From: Somniosus microcephalus
Lineage: Eukaryota
Reading direction: 5' to 3'
Assembly: GCA_052327205.1 (NCBI GenBank)
Contig: CM126224.1
Coordinates: forward strand, 27,962,001-28,026,000
DNA: 64,000 nucleotides
The translations under genes were made by a program, and so were the position numbers. The notes below the pieces were generated by a model. That model searched no databases, had not been told where the DNA came from, and saw only the letters and a list, made by a program, of their open reading frames with translations. The stretch's first letter is position 1. Every line of letters begins with the position of its first letter. This document shows positions 13,111 to 27,021 of the stretch, piece after piece.

Positions 13111-13375
13111 ACAAAGTGGTCACCCCCTCCCAGGTGGTTGTGCAGCACACGGTGAGCATTTGAACCGAGCTAAGCTCCAAGTTGTCCGCTGGTTTCCCCT
13201 TGATGTTGTGTGGGTGTTTCTGTGTTCTTCTCATACCTCTGCTCTGAAATGTAAATGGCTTCATTGCCTCGCAAGACACCACCAAGATTTCTTTGGTCAG
13301 CTGAATGTTTGACAAAAACAGAAGCCATCACCATGCTTACAGGTTTCTTAACCAAACCAAACTACTGAGGAATCC

Positions 13376-14118
13376 TTCCCGTGCAAGCGGAGGAGATGTA
13401 ACACCTGCCCCTATACCTCCCCCCTCCCCACTGTCCAGGGCCCCAAACACCCCTTCCAGGTGAAACAGCGATTTACTTGTACTTCTCGCAATCTAGTATA
13501 CTGTATTCGCTGCTCACGATGCGGTCTCCTCTACATTGGGGAGACCAAACGCAGATTGGGTGACCGCTTTGCGGAACACCTCCGTTCAGTCCGTAAGGGT
13601 GACCCCGAGCTTCCGGTCGCCTGTCATTTCAATTCACCGCTCCATTCCCACTCGGACCTCACCGTCCTTGGCCTCTTGTACTGTTCCACGGAAGCTCAAC
13701 GTAAACTCGAGGAACAGCACCTCATCTTCCGATTAGGCAGTCTGCAGCCTTCCGGTCTCAATATCGAGTTCAACAATTTCAGATCATAACCTCGGCCCCT
13801 ATTTCATTTTCACTTATATTTTTCCACTCCTTTCCTTTCCCCCCCCCCTTTCCTTTTGTTTCTCTCTCACACCTGGCAGCTATCTTTTGCCCTGCCAGTA
13901 CACTTTACACCTAATCACAGCCTATTACCATCTCGTCTAGCTTCTAATCTCTTTTACTTCTTTTGGTTCTTTTATTCTTTTGTCCGATCGCAGCCCTGCC
14001 TTCGATCTAGTTCCTTTTCTCTCCAGTTTTGAAGAAGGGTCAAACCCGAAACGTCAACTCAAATTTCTCTCCACGGATGTTGCCTGACTTGCTGAGTTTT
14101 TCCAGCATTTTCTGTTGT
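13376..14118 (+). mobile_element. Penelope-like retroelement, 5'-truncated, with GIY-YIG endonuclease fragment
   Basis: ORF 13460-13789 contains NLVYCIRCSRCGLLYIGETKRRLGDRFAEH. Perfect 13-bp TSD tactgaggaatcc (13363-13375 and 14119-14131). Confidence 0.93.
14023..14060 (+). ncRNA. Minimal hammerhead ribozyme motif, core mutated
   Basis: CCAGUU-UUGAAGA-A-GGGU(CAA)ACCC-GAAAC-GUC^AACUC. The first C of CUGANGA is replaced by U. Confidence 0.6.
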
Positions 14119-14309
14119 TACTGAGGAATCCAATTAAGTTAAGATTCTATTTGCCTAATATGGAGTGCGCAACCTCTCTCCATAGGGACACATCTTACTT
14201 GCTTAAACCCAGGACACGGGTACTGGTTGGCCAGACCCAAAGCTTGGCGATTCCTAAGTGTGCATACAGATACTGCTGGAGTTCAATTAGCTCAAACCGT
14301 CCAGTTTAT

Positions 14310-14472
14310 CAGTATTTAAGACTCCTTAAAACCTGCCGCTTTTACCAAGCTTTTAGTAATCCCTCCCAATATCCCTTTCATTGGCTGGTGTCAATTTTTA
14401 TCTAATTATTCTTCTGTGAAGCACGGTGGGATGTTTTCTATATTAAAGGTGTTATAGAATTGCAAGTTGTTG
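14310..14472 (+). mobile_element. L2-type LINE 3' end, degraded
   Basis: Reverse-complement similarity to 45893-46140 (ttttaccaagctttt...tgggatgttttctatattaaaggtgttatagaattgcaagttgttg). Confidence 0.55.
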
Positions 14473-17429
14473 ATGGGACTAGAGCTTCATAAAATGATAC
14501 CCTTGCTATTGTTATGAAATGATTGCTATTGTTTTTATTCTGTTTGGTTTATTGGAACAGTTGGATAAAGGGAACATTGGGCTGTGACTAAAGTGCTCCT
14601 ATTAAAAGGCTTTCACTGGATTAACACCTTTTATAATGAGTATCGAACTATTAAATGAGTCTGTTGCAGAGAATGAATTTAATGATTTATAATTGTATCA
14701 TATGAAGAATTACATATCAACCTTCTGGGTTTGTTTGGCATCTTGTAAAAACAATAGCCTACGGTTAAGGGACGCATTCTTTCTATTTTAATGACCCGCA
14801 GATACACAAGACTCACATTTTATGTCAAGAGCCCAACAAAATGCTAGTGGAGATTTCGGCTTTGTAATTACAAGCCAAGCATTGCAAGTGAGGCTTGGGA
14901 CTCTGGGGTGCAGCATCCCAGCACAAAGCCTCAGTGCCCTGGTCAATTAAAGAGCTGGAAAATGCAGCATTCTCGGATTTATAAAGAGTGAACTGTATTC
15001 CACCTCACCACGCAACCAGATTTTCCCCTGCCTACCTCTGGATTGCTGTTCGAGGTAGAACTCTCACAATTACTTGCAGTTGGGGATGGACCCTATACAG
15101 GAAGAGATCAGAAATTATGAATATTGATCATTTAAAGTTTTACAGTGTGGTAGTGAGGGATACAGGACGGTGCCAGTGAAGTCCAGACTTTGAGAGAGGC
15201 CGAGGCCTTCAAGTAAAAACTTTAATGAAGGTAGTTAAAGAGACAAACACAATTCAATGTAATCATCCTATTGTGAAATATGTAATTTAAAACATATTAA
15301 TGCAGGCATTAACTATTTATTTAAAATGGGTTAATGTCTTTGCTAAAATAACAGACAAAAGAATCTCATACAAATGTGTTAAGTGCTCATCTGCAATTAT
15401 TAGCAACACATTTCTAGGCTACTGTGTGGAACATGACCACAATACAAACTATGGCATCAAAAGCGCAACAATACATTAAACGGTTGGGGGAGGGCGGTAG
15501 ATATTTAGCAGCACAGTTCAGATTTTAAACCTTTAAGCATTCGAATATTAATAACGGATCCATTACATGTCAGAGTTTGCTTCTAACTTAAGAATTGTAA
15601 ACAAATTAATGTATGCAACATCCATTTTCAATTTTTTAAAATCATTCCAACAATTGCAAGATACCTAAGCCATTTCTTCACTATTAATCTTGACATTAAG
15701 CAAATATTGCAAAGATGAATGAACACAAGATATCCAGTGAGCAATTGTGGGATATTTAGTTTATCCTAACAAGTGAGGAAGACCCATTAATGTGATAATT
15801 AACTGTGATGGTGAAATGTTGACATGCTCCTATGGGGTTTTCCATTATAAATGTTGATATAAAAATGTTATAGGAAGTGAGGTTTGTAGACAAGATGCAC
15901 ACACCATATTTAAGATTTTTAATAATATATTTGATGTGTACAATTTTGTATCATTTTCAGAATTCAAAATTGTTATTTCCAGTCTTTTACATGTAGGTGG
16001 GAGATGGTTCATGGCTTAATAATGGTCCTGTGGTCACCATTGTGGAACGTTAGGCTTCCAGCATTGATTTGTATTGGACAATGTTGGAGGAGTAGCTCAT
16101 AGGTACAAGCCGAGAATGACATAACAAGGCAGAACATTAGACTAAATGGCAAACTGAGATCAGTACTTTAAATGAAAGCAGAGAATGAAAGGCAAGATAC
16201 AGCTGAAGGAAATATAAAGAGAATTAGCTGATGTGGGGAACTGGCAACTCGTGAGAGGGGTTCTTGAAGGGCTCAATAAATCTGTTTAAAAAGATGTTTG
16301 AAAAAAGGAGTGAAGGTTTGGGAGAAAGTGATAAAGTACCATTGATCTTTATTTAATCTGAAAATTCCTACCCCTCCAAAAATGGATTAATTAACCTTAG
16401 TAAAACTGTAGACAATAAGCTGTTCCTTGCTTGCTACGGCCTTGTTAAAGGTCAGTCATGAGAAGACATGCAAAATTGTACAACACTGGAGGATCATTGA
16501 AAGTTGAGTGTTAAATGCCTGTTCAGGCCAGACGTTAGTGAGTTTATGGGGTCCCTTTTCAGATGTTGTCCTTTTTTAGTTCTTCGTATTATGAATTAAC
16601 AACAGAATTGTTGTTAAAATAATAAAATGGGAATTAGAATATCTTTGGACAGCAAAATTCATCTCAAAGGTGCCACCCTGTCTGTGGGAACTATGAAGTT
16701 GCAACCAGACCTCCAGGCATCAGGGAACACAATATGTATTTTAATAGCCGTCTGGGACTTGTACATAAATTTGCATCAATTAATGCTTTAACTGCACTTT
16801 GTGGTTTAACAATCCACAAATGACTAATGCATGGGGTCTTTATAATGGCTCTTACAATGAGTGAGGATAAGCTATATCCTGTAATGGGAATAACACAACT
16901 GTCAGTCTGTCTGTGTGTGGTGGTGGTGATACATCAGAACACCTTTATCAAAATACACTTAAACATAAATCTTGGTTCCCAACAGCTTATTTTTGTGCCA
17001 ATTAAATTATATTTGATTGAAATGTTCTTCAAATGTTTTCCTTACCCCTTCATGGTAATGGGTCTCATTAAATCTGGCTTTTATTTTCAAAAAATGTCTT
17101 CTAGGCTTTTAGACAAAGATCAATTTGAACTTAACTCAAGACACACAAACAAAATAGGGTCAAATTTATTTTTGTTGTGTGAGTTGTCCCAATGTCATAT
17201 TGGTGAAAAATCAAAATATGGAGACATTATCAACAGTAGCAACCTATACCATAGCTCGGTAAATCTATATGAACGGCACATGGAATGATGTTGGGGGAAG
17301 AGGATCTTCAGACAAGTGGAACACGTTTTTAATTTCACTGGGAGTAAGAATTGAATTTTAATCTTCATTGTGATATTATGAATTGTTTTGGAATTTACAT
17401 GGAGAGGGTAGGGGAGCAGTAGGTTGTTG

Positions 17430-18228
17430 GCATATGCAGTTCAAAGTAACTAAGTATGAAGTATACATTCTGGGAATAAGAATAACGAATGCAAATAAAC
17501 TCTAAATGACTAGTTCTCAAAGGAGTGAAGGAACAGAGAGATCTAGGAGTGCAAATACACAAAAGGAGGATTAGACGCAGAGAGGAATAAAAAGGGCATT
17601 AAGATTTTGGATTTTATTTCTAAATGCATTGAATATAAAAGAAATGATAATGATTCTATACAAGATATTGGTATGGCCACAGTTGTGGGAAGTTTGAGAC
17701 ATCTGTTATAGCAAAGAGCCACAGAAAGTGTACAACGTAGACGTTCCAAAATGACACCAGGTATGAGAGGATTTAATTATGATGCAAGATTTGAAAAACT
17801 AGGACTGTATTCACTAGAGTAGAGAGGGTTAGCAAGAGATTTAATAGAAGTGTTAAAAAATGTAAATGGTTTGAGATGATAAATAATGAAAGATTATTTC
17901 CTCTGGCTAGTAAATCTGTAACGGGAGCATGGACTTCGGATTAGTACTCGAAGCTTAAAGGGGGAGGCTAGAAGACATTTTTTTCCACACAAAGGATTAT
18001 TAGAATACAAAATGCACTAACATAAGTTTCTGTTCTAGTTGAGTCAATCATAACATTTAAGGTGGAATTAGATAAACTCTTGAAGAAGAAAAATATTAAA
18101 GGCACAGGGAAAATAGCAGAGAAATGGGACTCGAGTAGACAGCTCCAATGATGGAGCCAGCAGTGGAACAGTCACAATGGGCTGAATTGCCTCCATCTGT
18201 GCAGCAATTTCTACAATTCTGTGATTTC
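17430..18228 (+). mobile_element. Old, degraded CR1-type LINE 3' fragment
   Basis: Same block order as the younger copies (gagatctaggagtgc, ggtatggccacagttg, ggactgtattcactagag, gggctgaattgcctcc tail), with many stops. Confidence 0.8.
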
Positions 18229-18874
18229 TGTCTGTGTTAGTGGGAAGTGTCTAACCCTTATTTAATGTTGTTTTATATCCGTTCAGTGCACAGTGTTTGA
18301 AAACGAGTTAGATTTATGCCTCTGCTTCTGTTTACCATCCAGCTACTATGGAAATTGGACCTTTGGGTAATTACTGAATATAAGTTGTTTAGTTTGGTTA
18401 TTATACAGCCAGGTGCCTGACAATGGAACTGTCAAAACCAGTAAATTAAAATATTGACTCATTCTTTTTAAAGTAGGGTCATATTTCAAATGTCCAGGCG
18501 GACCCCATATCTAAACGGTCAGGTCAGGCTGATTGTTACTTACACAATATCCTAAACCTTACTATCCAGCTGTGTGTGCAAATAACCCGGAAGTGATTCT
18601 TCATACACACAATAGCACATAAAAATGAATAGATAAATAAATGCATGCAGAATTGCATGAATTATGACAGCTTGCCTTACACTGGGTATCTGTATTACTA
18701 ATTAGTTCTGCTCTGGTCCAAGAAGATACTCTATTTTATCACAGCTACAATTTAATATCTCTCATAATCAGAGATAATTTCATACAAGACTAACCAGAGC
18801 TGTGTATACATTTGCAACACAACTTCTCTAAAATGCAACTAGCTATAGGATGTCTATAGGGTCTGGATAAAGGA

Positions 18875-18890
18875 GGGGGGGGGGGGGGGG
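18875..18890 (+). repeat. Poly-G run (G16)
   Basis: Direct count. Confidence 0.9.
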
Positions 18891-21069
18891 AAGGGAAAAG
18901 CACAAAACTATCCAGTTTTTCCACTTGCACTGATTTTATTTGTATAGTTGAACGTTTGAGAGGTGGGCATTGTGAGTGTAATAGTATTTGTTAAAGCTGA
19001 ATTTCTCATGAGCTGTTTAATAAGCATTAAATGTTCATTACTGCATGTATGTTGTGGTTGGCTGATATTTGAGTAATACCTCTAACTAAATCTTTCTAAC
19101 ATAAACTGTACATTTCAAAGTCGTGTTCTGTTTCTATCACCCAAAGCCAGGCCCCTCTCATTGCAAATTATTATTGCAAAAAGATGATTCTTTTTCACTA
19201 AAGATTCAAAAATACTTTCCGAGATAACGCCCAGGCCCACAAACCCTATGCAGTATAAAATAAGGGATTAGTGTTGTTCGTTTAATGATTTATCTCAGAA
19301 ATATGTTAAACTTTAGGAGCTACCACTACCGAAAGCCAGTATAGGTTTCTACTTTCTTGCTTAAGGACATGGCAAAAATTGACTTGTGAATTGTAACATT
19401 AGTAAATGGTCAAATGTATTAGGTGATAACAAGTGTGACAAAAAATTGATGACAGCAGATGTGTGACAAAGCAGAAGCAGAATATCTCAAATGAGGCAAA
19501 ACATTGAGGAAGTGAAGATTCGAGTGTGGGGGAGGAGAGAAGGGAGAAACAGTTGTGGAGAAGAATTATTCCGTGTATCCTCCACTGAGGAGCCACAATG
19601 TATCACTGGCAGCCTTAGCTTTCTGGAGTTGTTAGAATTATCGACTTATCAGCGATAATATTAATACTATATGGATCATTGAATGTATAAGCATTCCCAT
19701 TTCTGATTATACAGTAGTCTTGCTCCACACAAGCAGCCTGTTATGACCAGGGATGCATTAGAGAGAATGCTATAATTTGGTTTCTCTCTGAATGTTTTGA
19801 CTACTGAAACACTAAGTTTAAAAATGCATCTTCACATAAAATCTACAAAATTGATTTTCTGCAACTTTTTAATGATAATCTTATGAAACAAAATTACAAG
19901 TACAGGGCCAGCTAATTCTTTCAATAAAGAAGAAAGAAATTATTGGGTGAAATACTGAGTGAGCTGAATCCTGCTACAATGGCAGCTTTATTTTTTTTAA
20001 TCACAAGGGATCCATGGGGACATCAGCTGCTTCAGCTGAAACACATCTGATGATCGGGTGACCTTATTGTGACTAGCTGATGGGAAATCTTGGCTCTATT
20101 GACTGTTGTATGTTACAGAATAATCACTGGTAACATGCCCTAGTTCTTGTGGTGTGGAGAAGGAAAGGGTCAATGATTATGTAGTTTTTAATGTGTTCGA
20201 GCTAAGTCAATAAAAATGCACTCGAGAAGATGTGATTTCTTTCAGAAGTATAGATGCCTTTATGTTTGATCATTAAACAAAAGTCAGAGGAGGATGATCT
20301 AAGGCTATTCCATTGACTGCACTGGATCTGAATATTGGGCATCATGTGTAACAGGCGACAGATCGGATACCACCCGTATGCAAGATGAATTTTTACGCCT
20401 ATGAAACCAGGACCATCTCTACCCTCTTCAGCTTCTGGAAAGTTAAATATTGTCAACTTTTGGAGAAACATTGCTATTATAGTCTTTAAGACATTAATCC
20501 AACATAATTCTCTGTTTACACTGTAGTGGTGAATTCCAAATATTTTTGATTTTATTGCTATTTCAAAGCCAAAATGACAATATTGTGGATAAACTCAACA
20601 ATCAATTTAGTTTGGATGCACCCAATAAGCTTATTGAAAATGAATTCACCGTATAAAAAGAGCAAAACATAGGATAGAAATGTAAGTAATTTGTATTACA
20701 AGCGTTACTATAGCATAGATTTGAGATGTTTAGTCTGAGCAGCAGCTTACTGAACCTCGAAAGGTTTTATAAACAGCTCAGCAAGTCATAAGTCCAGTAA
20801 AAATCCACATGAATTAGATCACTTCCAACATAAATATATCACCGAAACAGGATGAGGTTAATCAAAATGTAGAGCAACTCATGAACTCTGGGAGAGGTTT
20901 TATTTTTATTCAGCTGTGCTATCTTTAATGTAAGTACCTCTATACAGATAAGATACTCAGTTCTTACCTATGAATTATGAGGTAGGTAGACTGGATAAGT
21001 CAGCCTCACAAGTGACAATCACGTTTCATGTAAAGCCTGATTATCAATGTGGTTTACAGGATTCAAATA

Positions 21070-21329
21070 CAGTAAACTCTTTCTTATCCGGCACCTACAG
21101 GACCAGGATGGTGCCGGTTGATGAAAAATTCTGGATAACAGAGAGCTATACCTACCAAGGCAATTTTTAACAAACAAAAATAAAAACTACTGACTAACTC
21201 GGCCACCGCGGGAGACTCGGACTCGGCAAAACGAGTGCTGGATGGATTCGGCAAGATTACCGGTTATCTATTTTGCTGGTTATTAAAGTATTCCGGATGA
21301 TTAAGTGCTGTTTAAACAAGAGTTTACTG
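21070..21329. mobile_element. Tigger/pogo-like MITE (260 bp)
   Basis: TA|cagtaaactct...agagtttactg|TA: 11-bp perfect TIR with TA TSD. Confidence 0.8.
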
Positions 21330-22049
21330 TACTATTTTTTCCATGATTTATTTTAGCTTTCTGTAAAGCCAGAATAGAGGGAGAAAACGGTCACAAACCA
21401 TCAGTTGAGGTCAGCAAAATTCAGTTGCGTGGTAACTCACGCCAGCATGACTAGAATGGGACGTTGGCTATTGTGGTTAAAGTTAATGCTTTGCCTGCAC
21501 AACGTGCAAACACATATCTGATTTGGGAGGTTAGAATCTATTAATAAAACTCAAAACCAATTCATAAGCAAACTTGGACCTGTGAAGTCTTGGTTATGAA
21601 AAATAAGTGAATCAGTTTAAAAGCGGTGTCAAAGATTGAACTTATCCAGGTCTGATTATTAATTCAAAGATGTGATGTTCTGTGTGGGATTGTTTGAATA
21701 ATTGACTACATAATAATTTGGTGGAACTAATTTATCTTTGTTGCTTGTGGCCAGTTCATCACTGAACACTGGTTCCTAATGTTGCTGCGATGGAAGTTAA
21801 TCCACCATAGTATTTAATTTGCATGAAATGTCAAACATTAACGAAACGTACGGTTGTTTGTAACTGCTGACAGTCTGAGCTACAGTGCAGTGGGCTGATG
21901 CACTGCGGTATTGAGTGTTCAATCTGCAGATTACTCACAGGGTAAGTTCCTGATCTCAGTTGGGGGCATCTTGGAGACAACTAAACGGAGGCAAATTACG
22001 TACCCAAGGAAGAAAGGAGAAATCAAAGGGAGTGGACTCACATTGTTCT

Positions 22050-22335
22050 CATAGAAACATAGGAGCAGGAGTAGGCCATTCGGCCTTTCGAGCCTGCTCC
22101 GCCATTCAATATAATCATGGCCGATCCTCTATCTCAATACCATATTCCCGCTCTCTCCCATTACCCCTTCATGCCTTTTGTGTCTAGAAATCTATCTATC
22201 TCCTTCTTAAATATATTCAGTGACTTGGCCTCCATAGCCTTCTGTGGTAGAGAATTCCACAGGTTCACCACCCTCTGAGTGAGGACATTTCTCCTCATCT
22301 CAGTCCTAAATGTCCTGACTGTGACCCCTGAGACT
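22050..22335 (-). mobile_element. CR1/HER1-type LINE 3' fragment
   Basis: catagaaacataggagcaggagtaggccattcggcc is the reverse complement of the CR1 tail. Confidence 0.9.
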
Positions 22336-22789
22336 GAGCCTGTATGAATTACAAACAGTCACACTGCAGAACGATTGGACTCTAGGAACAGGCCTGTTGG
22401 CTTATAGTTGGGTATGTGAAATGGAGGAATAAACCAAATGAAAAGTGAGAAGAAACATAAATAAAACAAAAATGCCAACAATTCCTAGTTATTGTGATTG
22501 TATATCTTACAATGTGACCAGTATACTGGGATATGATATGCCATTTTGAGATGCAATTACTTCATCTTAAAAGTTTTCTCCATTTAAACTTAACTAGAAG
22601 TTGTAACAGACTTAAAAGATGGGAGTGTCAAATGTACAATGCTGCGACACAATGTAGCCTCAATAAATACATCCTGCACCCAAGTACAGAATTCCAATGT
22701 ATAATTCTTTTTCACTCCCGCTGTATAGAAATCATGATCTATGCTTAACATTTCTCAGCAATGAGTTATAGAGTGATCAGAGTTTAGAA

Positions 22790-24095
22790 TTAAGGAGTGA
22801 CTGAACAGCTTGAAAATTGTCAGCTGATCAAAGAGAGCCAGCATGGACTTGTAAAGGGTAGGTCATGCCTGGCGAACCTGATTAAATCTTTTGAAGAGGT
22901 GACTAAAGTAGTGGACAGGGGAATGTGTATGGATGTTATTTATATTGACTTCCAGAAGGCATTCGATAAAATCCCTTATAAGAGACTGTTAGCTAATGTT
23001 GAAGCTCATGGAATTGAAGGAAAATTCAATTCAACCTGGTTAAGAAATTGGCTGAGTGGCAAGAGACAGAGAGCAGGGATAATGGGCAGGTACTCGAACT
23101 GGCAGGATGTGACTAGCGGTGTCTCACAGGGATCTGTGTTTGGGCCTCAACTATTCACCGTATTTGTTAATGACTTAGATGATGAGATAGAGAGCTATAT
23201 ATCCAAGTTTGTCGATGACACAAGGTTAGGCGACGATGGAAGCATAAAATTACAAAGCGAAAATAATAGATTAAGTGAATGAGCAGAACTGTGGCAAATG
23301 GATTTCAATATCGGCAAGTGGAAGGTGGACCTAAAAAGGATAGATCAGAGTACTTTCTAAATGATGAAAAGCTAGAAACAGTGGAGGTCCAAAGAGACTT
23401 AGGGGTCCATGTACATAGATCATTAAAATGCCATGGACTGATACAGAAAATGATCAAAAAGGCTGATGGAATGCTGGCCTTTATATCTAGAGGACTAGAA
23501 TACAAGGAGGTAGAAGTTATGCTGCAGCTACACAAAGCCCTGGTTAGACCACACCTGGAGTACTGTGAGCAGTTCTGGGCACCACAGCTTAGGAAGGATA
23601 TATTGGCCTTGGAGGGAGTGCAGCGTGGGTTTACCAGAATGATACCTGGACACCAAGGATTAAATTACAAAGAGAGATTACACAAACTAGGGTTGTATTC
23701 TCTGGAATTTAGAAAGTTAAGGGGTGGTTTGATCCTAGTTTTCAAGATATTAAGGGGAACAGATAGAGTAGATAGAGAGAAACTATTTCTGCTGGTTGGG
23801 GATTCTAGGACTGGAGGCATAGTCTAAAACTAGAGCCAGACCTTTCAGGAGTGAAATTAGGAAACAATTCTACACACAAAGGGTGGTAGAAGTTTGGAAC
23901 TCTCTTCCACAAACTGCAGTTGACACTGGGTCAATTGTTAATTTTAAAATCTGAGATTGATAGATTTTTGTTAACCAAAGGTATCAAGGGATATGGGTTA
24001 AAGGCAGGTATATGGAGTTAGGTCGCCGATCAGCCATGATCTCGTTGAATGGCGGAACAGGCTCAAGGGGCTGAATGGCCTACTCATGTTCCTAT
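22790..24095 (+). mobile_element. CR1/HER1-type LINE fragment including the RT domain
   Basis: ORFs contain SQHGLVKGRSCLANL, DFQKAFDK, GVSQGSVFGPQLF and KFVDDT, frameshifted, followed by the CR1 tail. Confidence 0.94.
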
Positions 24096-25954
24096 CTGAA
24101 GTAATATGCAACCCAAAGTTTTGGATAATGTTTGGTTTCCATGAAAATTCACGCATTGGAGAATCAATTCAAAAATGGTAACGCCCAGTCACAGTTTATT
24201 CTGTATTTCTACATCTAGATGTATATAAAACCAATTGAGAGTCTTCACTGAGAAACACTAAAGGATCCTAATGGCAAAACACTAATCCTAGCATTAAGCC
24301 AAACTATCTACCTCCACTGTTAGTCCTGTCAGGCTCACATGTATCTCTGAACTGAACATAAGTATCTATTTATCTTCACATATCTTTTTAACTGTTCCTG
24401 TCTATCTAGGTGCATTGTGGTATTAATCTATATCTGTGGGTATCTCTATATATCTTCTTTTGTCTGCGCTGATGGAAATGGTAATCCATTTTCAGAGAGC
24501 TTGGTATTGGTTACTGAATTACAAAAAATGCACAGCAGCACAGAGGAATCAATTTCCAGATTTTCCTTCTCTCTAATCTAAGCTGAGGAGGGGCTGTTAT
24601 TTCCAGACTGTGATGGACTATTCCCACAACAGCTCAGGTCCCACAGGCAGGATTTACATTGATTTTCATTCAGCTCCCCGCACCAATATTTCTTTCTCTA
24701 AGTATAAGCCAGACAACCTTTACTCACCGCCAGCACATAAATCAGCTGCACTTGAGCTGGACACTCTGTCCCGCTAATTCACTAACAGCAGTCCATTAAA
24801 TATGTTAAACAAGCATTTAGTTTCAGTAGATGAGGATTCAATTTGAGAAACGGCTTGATTGAAAATCAATTTTTTTGTTAGCCGAAAGCTTGTGTACAGC
24901 CTTCTTGAAGTATATGTGTCCTACGGCCTCAGTGCAACATAAGGCAACATGCCTTTGTGCACAGATGAGAAGTCTCAGTGGTGTCCTTCCAACACACAGC
25001 AATACAATCAACTGAATCTATCAGCTCATTTTCTTCATATTTACATGTTACACTCTTACATATCATGCCACAGATCACGTCTTAGATGATTTGATAGAAT
25101 ATAATAGGGGGCTCTAAAATGCAATTTTAAATGCTGTCCAGTTTTATTTAAAAAAAAGATATGTCTTATTTAGGTTACTTTTGTGCAAAACCTTTGACTT
25201 CAGCTATTTCTTTCATTGGGAAATGTATTGAATTTTTAAACCATCACTATAAGAGATGATTGGGACAATAAGTTTGTCGTAAGGACACGGGGGAATCTAA
25301 TGCAGGCCAAGAGATTGGATTTCATTAGTTGATAGTGTCTCTTGTGTCAGTCAGCACTTATTGTAGCAATTCTACCTCTTGACCAAAGAGTTATGTGCAG
25401 TTAGTATTGTGCCTCACAGTCTAAGCTTTCTATATAGGAATCTGGATAATACAAGTGATGTGCAGCTCTTTGTTCCTTCCATTTTGTCCAATTAGACTCC
25501 TTAGGCTGAATTTTCCACTTGAGTTAGGCCAGCGTCCTGCTCACTCAGCCACTTCCGGCATTTTCTGCCAGAACTCATGTTGAGCATATAATACATGGGC
25601 CCAAAAAAAAGGATGAGCATATTATAACGAGCTGCCTTAGCAATGCGGGATGCAAGAAACATCAACGTATTCTTGGCATCCTGCATTGCTATGGGTGATG
25701 GAGAGGAGATTTAAATTTGATATTAATTCCCCAGTGCCACAACTTTTAACAATTTGACCAGAAGTTCTCCCACACTCTTTAGCTGAACCACAGGGCACCG
25801 ACCATGCCAAACTATGCCAGGTGTTCGAGACCTGCCACAGCCTAGGTCTGCTTCCACAAAGTGGACTCGCTACCAGAGTTCGGGAGGCCCACCTCAATTG
25901 TACAAAACATCCTGACCCCAGAAAATTATTCAGATTCAGTGCCAGATCCTTGCA

Positions 25955-26341
25955 GATTGAAATGTATAAAATTCTGACAGGACTAGCCAAACTGGATGCA
26001 GGGAGGATGTTTCCCCTGGCTGGGGGGGTCTAGAATGAGGGGTCACAGTCTCAGGATACGGGGTAGGACATTTAGGACTGAGATGAGGAGAAATGTCTTC
26101 ACTCAGAGGGTGGTGAACCTGTGGAATTCTCTACCACACAAGGTTATGGAGGACAAGTCACTGAATATATATAAGGAGATAGATAGATTTCTAGACACAA
26201 AAAGCATCAAGGGGCATGGGGAGAGAGCGGGAATATGGTATTGAGATAGAGGATCAGCCATGATCATATTGAATGGCGGAGCAGGCTTGAAGGGCCGAAC
26301 GCCCTACTTCTGCTCCTATTTTCTTTTTCTATGTTTCTATG
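25955..26341 (+). mobile_element. CR1/HER1-type LINE 3' fragment
   Basis: RGHSLRIRGRTFRTEMRRNVFTQRVVNLWNSLP, followed by the tail ttctatgtttctatg. Confidence 0.92.
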
Positions 26342-27021
26342 TAGAATCTCTGCCCTTCCAAAGATGTGCCAGGTTTCCAGCAAAGCGGAAATTGTAACTG
26401 ATAGACAAGCTGAGAATGGGCAAACCGCTGCAGAACTTGCAGCTGACGGAATTAAGCATTGAAAGCTATTGGACTGGTTCAAATTGTGTTAGCACACCTA
26501 GATTTGGGCACGAATCCCAAACTGATGTGATAAAAGTCGTCTCTCTCTGTTCATTGGAAGGGATTTACGAAAAATGGATTTAGTGATTTTTCAACCCAGT
26601 CCCTAACGACTGCAGGCCACACTCAACACTTCCCTTACCTTGGTTCTAGATTTGACAGTCAGATTTGGAGAAACCACTGGGAGAACATCTGCTGTGCTAT
26701 GCCTAACTGGGGAAACTTTCCAAGGTTCCGCGTCCATGGTGGGGCCTCGTACAGTGGGCGATTTCTCAGAAAAATCACTAATGTTTTTCCAATCCATGAT
26801 TTTCCAATGTCTCGCAAAATTTCACCCAACCTGGGAGCCCTTAATGTCAATGATGGGTGATAAAAGTGAAAGAAGCATTCTGTATCCCAGCACTAGCATC
26901 CTTCACACCAATGAACACAAATTCATCAAAAAAACCTTCAAACTTGCGGTCATTGGGTCACAAAGCCTTTAAGGGCTGCAGAACTCTTTTCCTATTGGTT
27001 TATTTGTTCTACAAAAACATT

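Noticed and set aside
16827-17288. 153-aa plus-strand ORF
   Set aside because: No recognisable domain or exon context, AT-rich composition, antisense to NEK6. Probably chance.
18875-18890. G16 run as a functional G-quadruplex
   Set aside because: A simple homopolymer of uncertain assembled length, with no supporting context.
25503-26827. Additional MITE enclosing the CR1 at 25955 (similar hints at about 11695-12250, 29860-30170 and 36960-37650)
   Set aside because: Terminal inverted matches are too short and I could not confirm a TSD.
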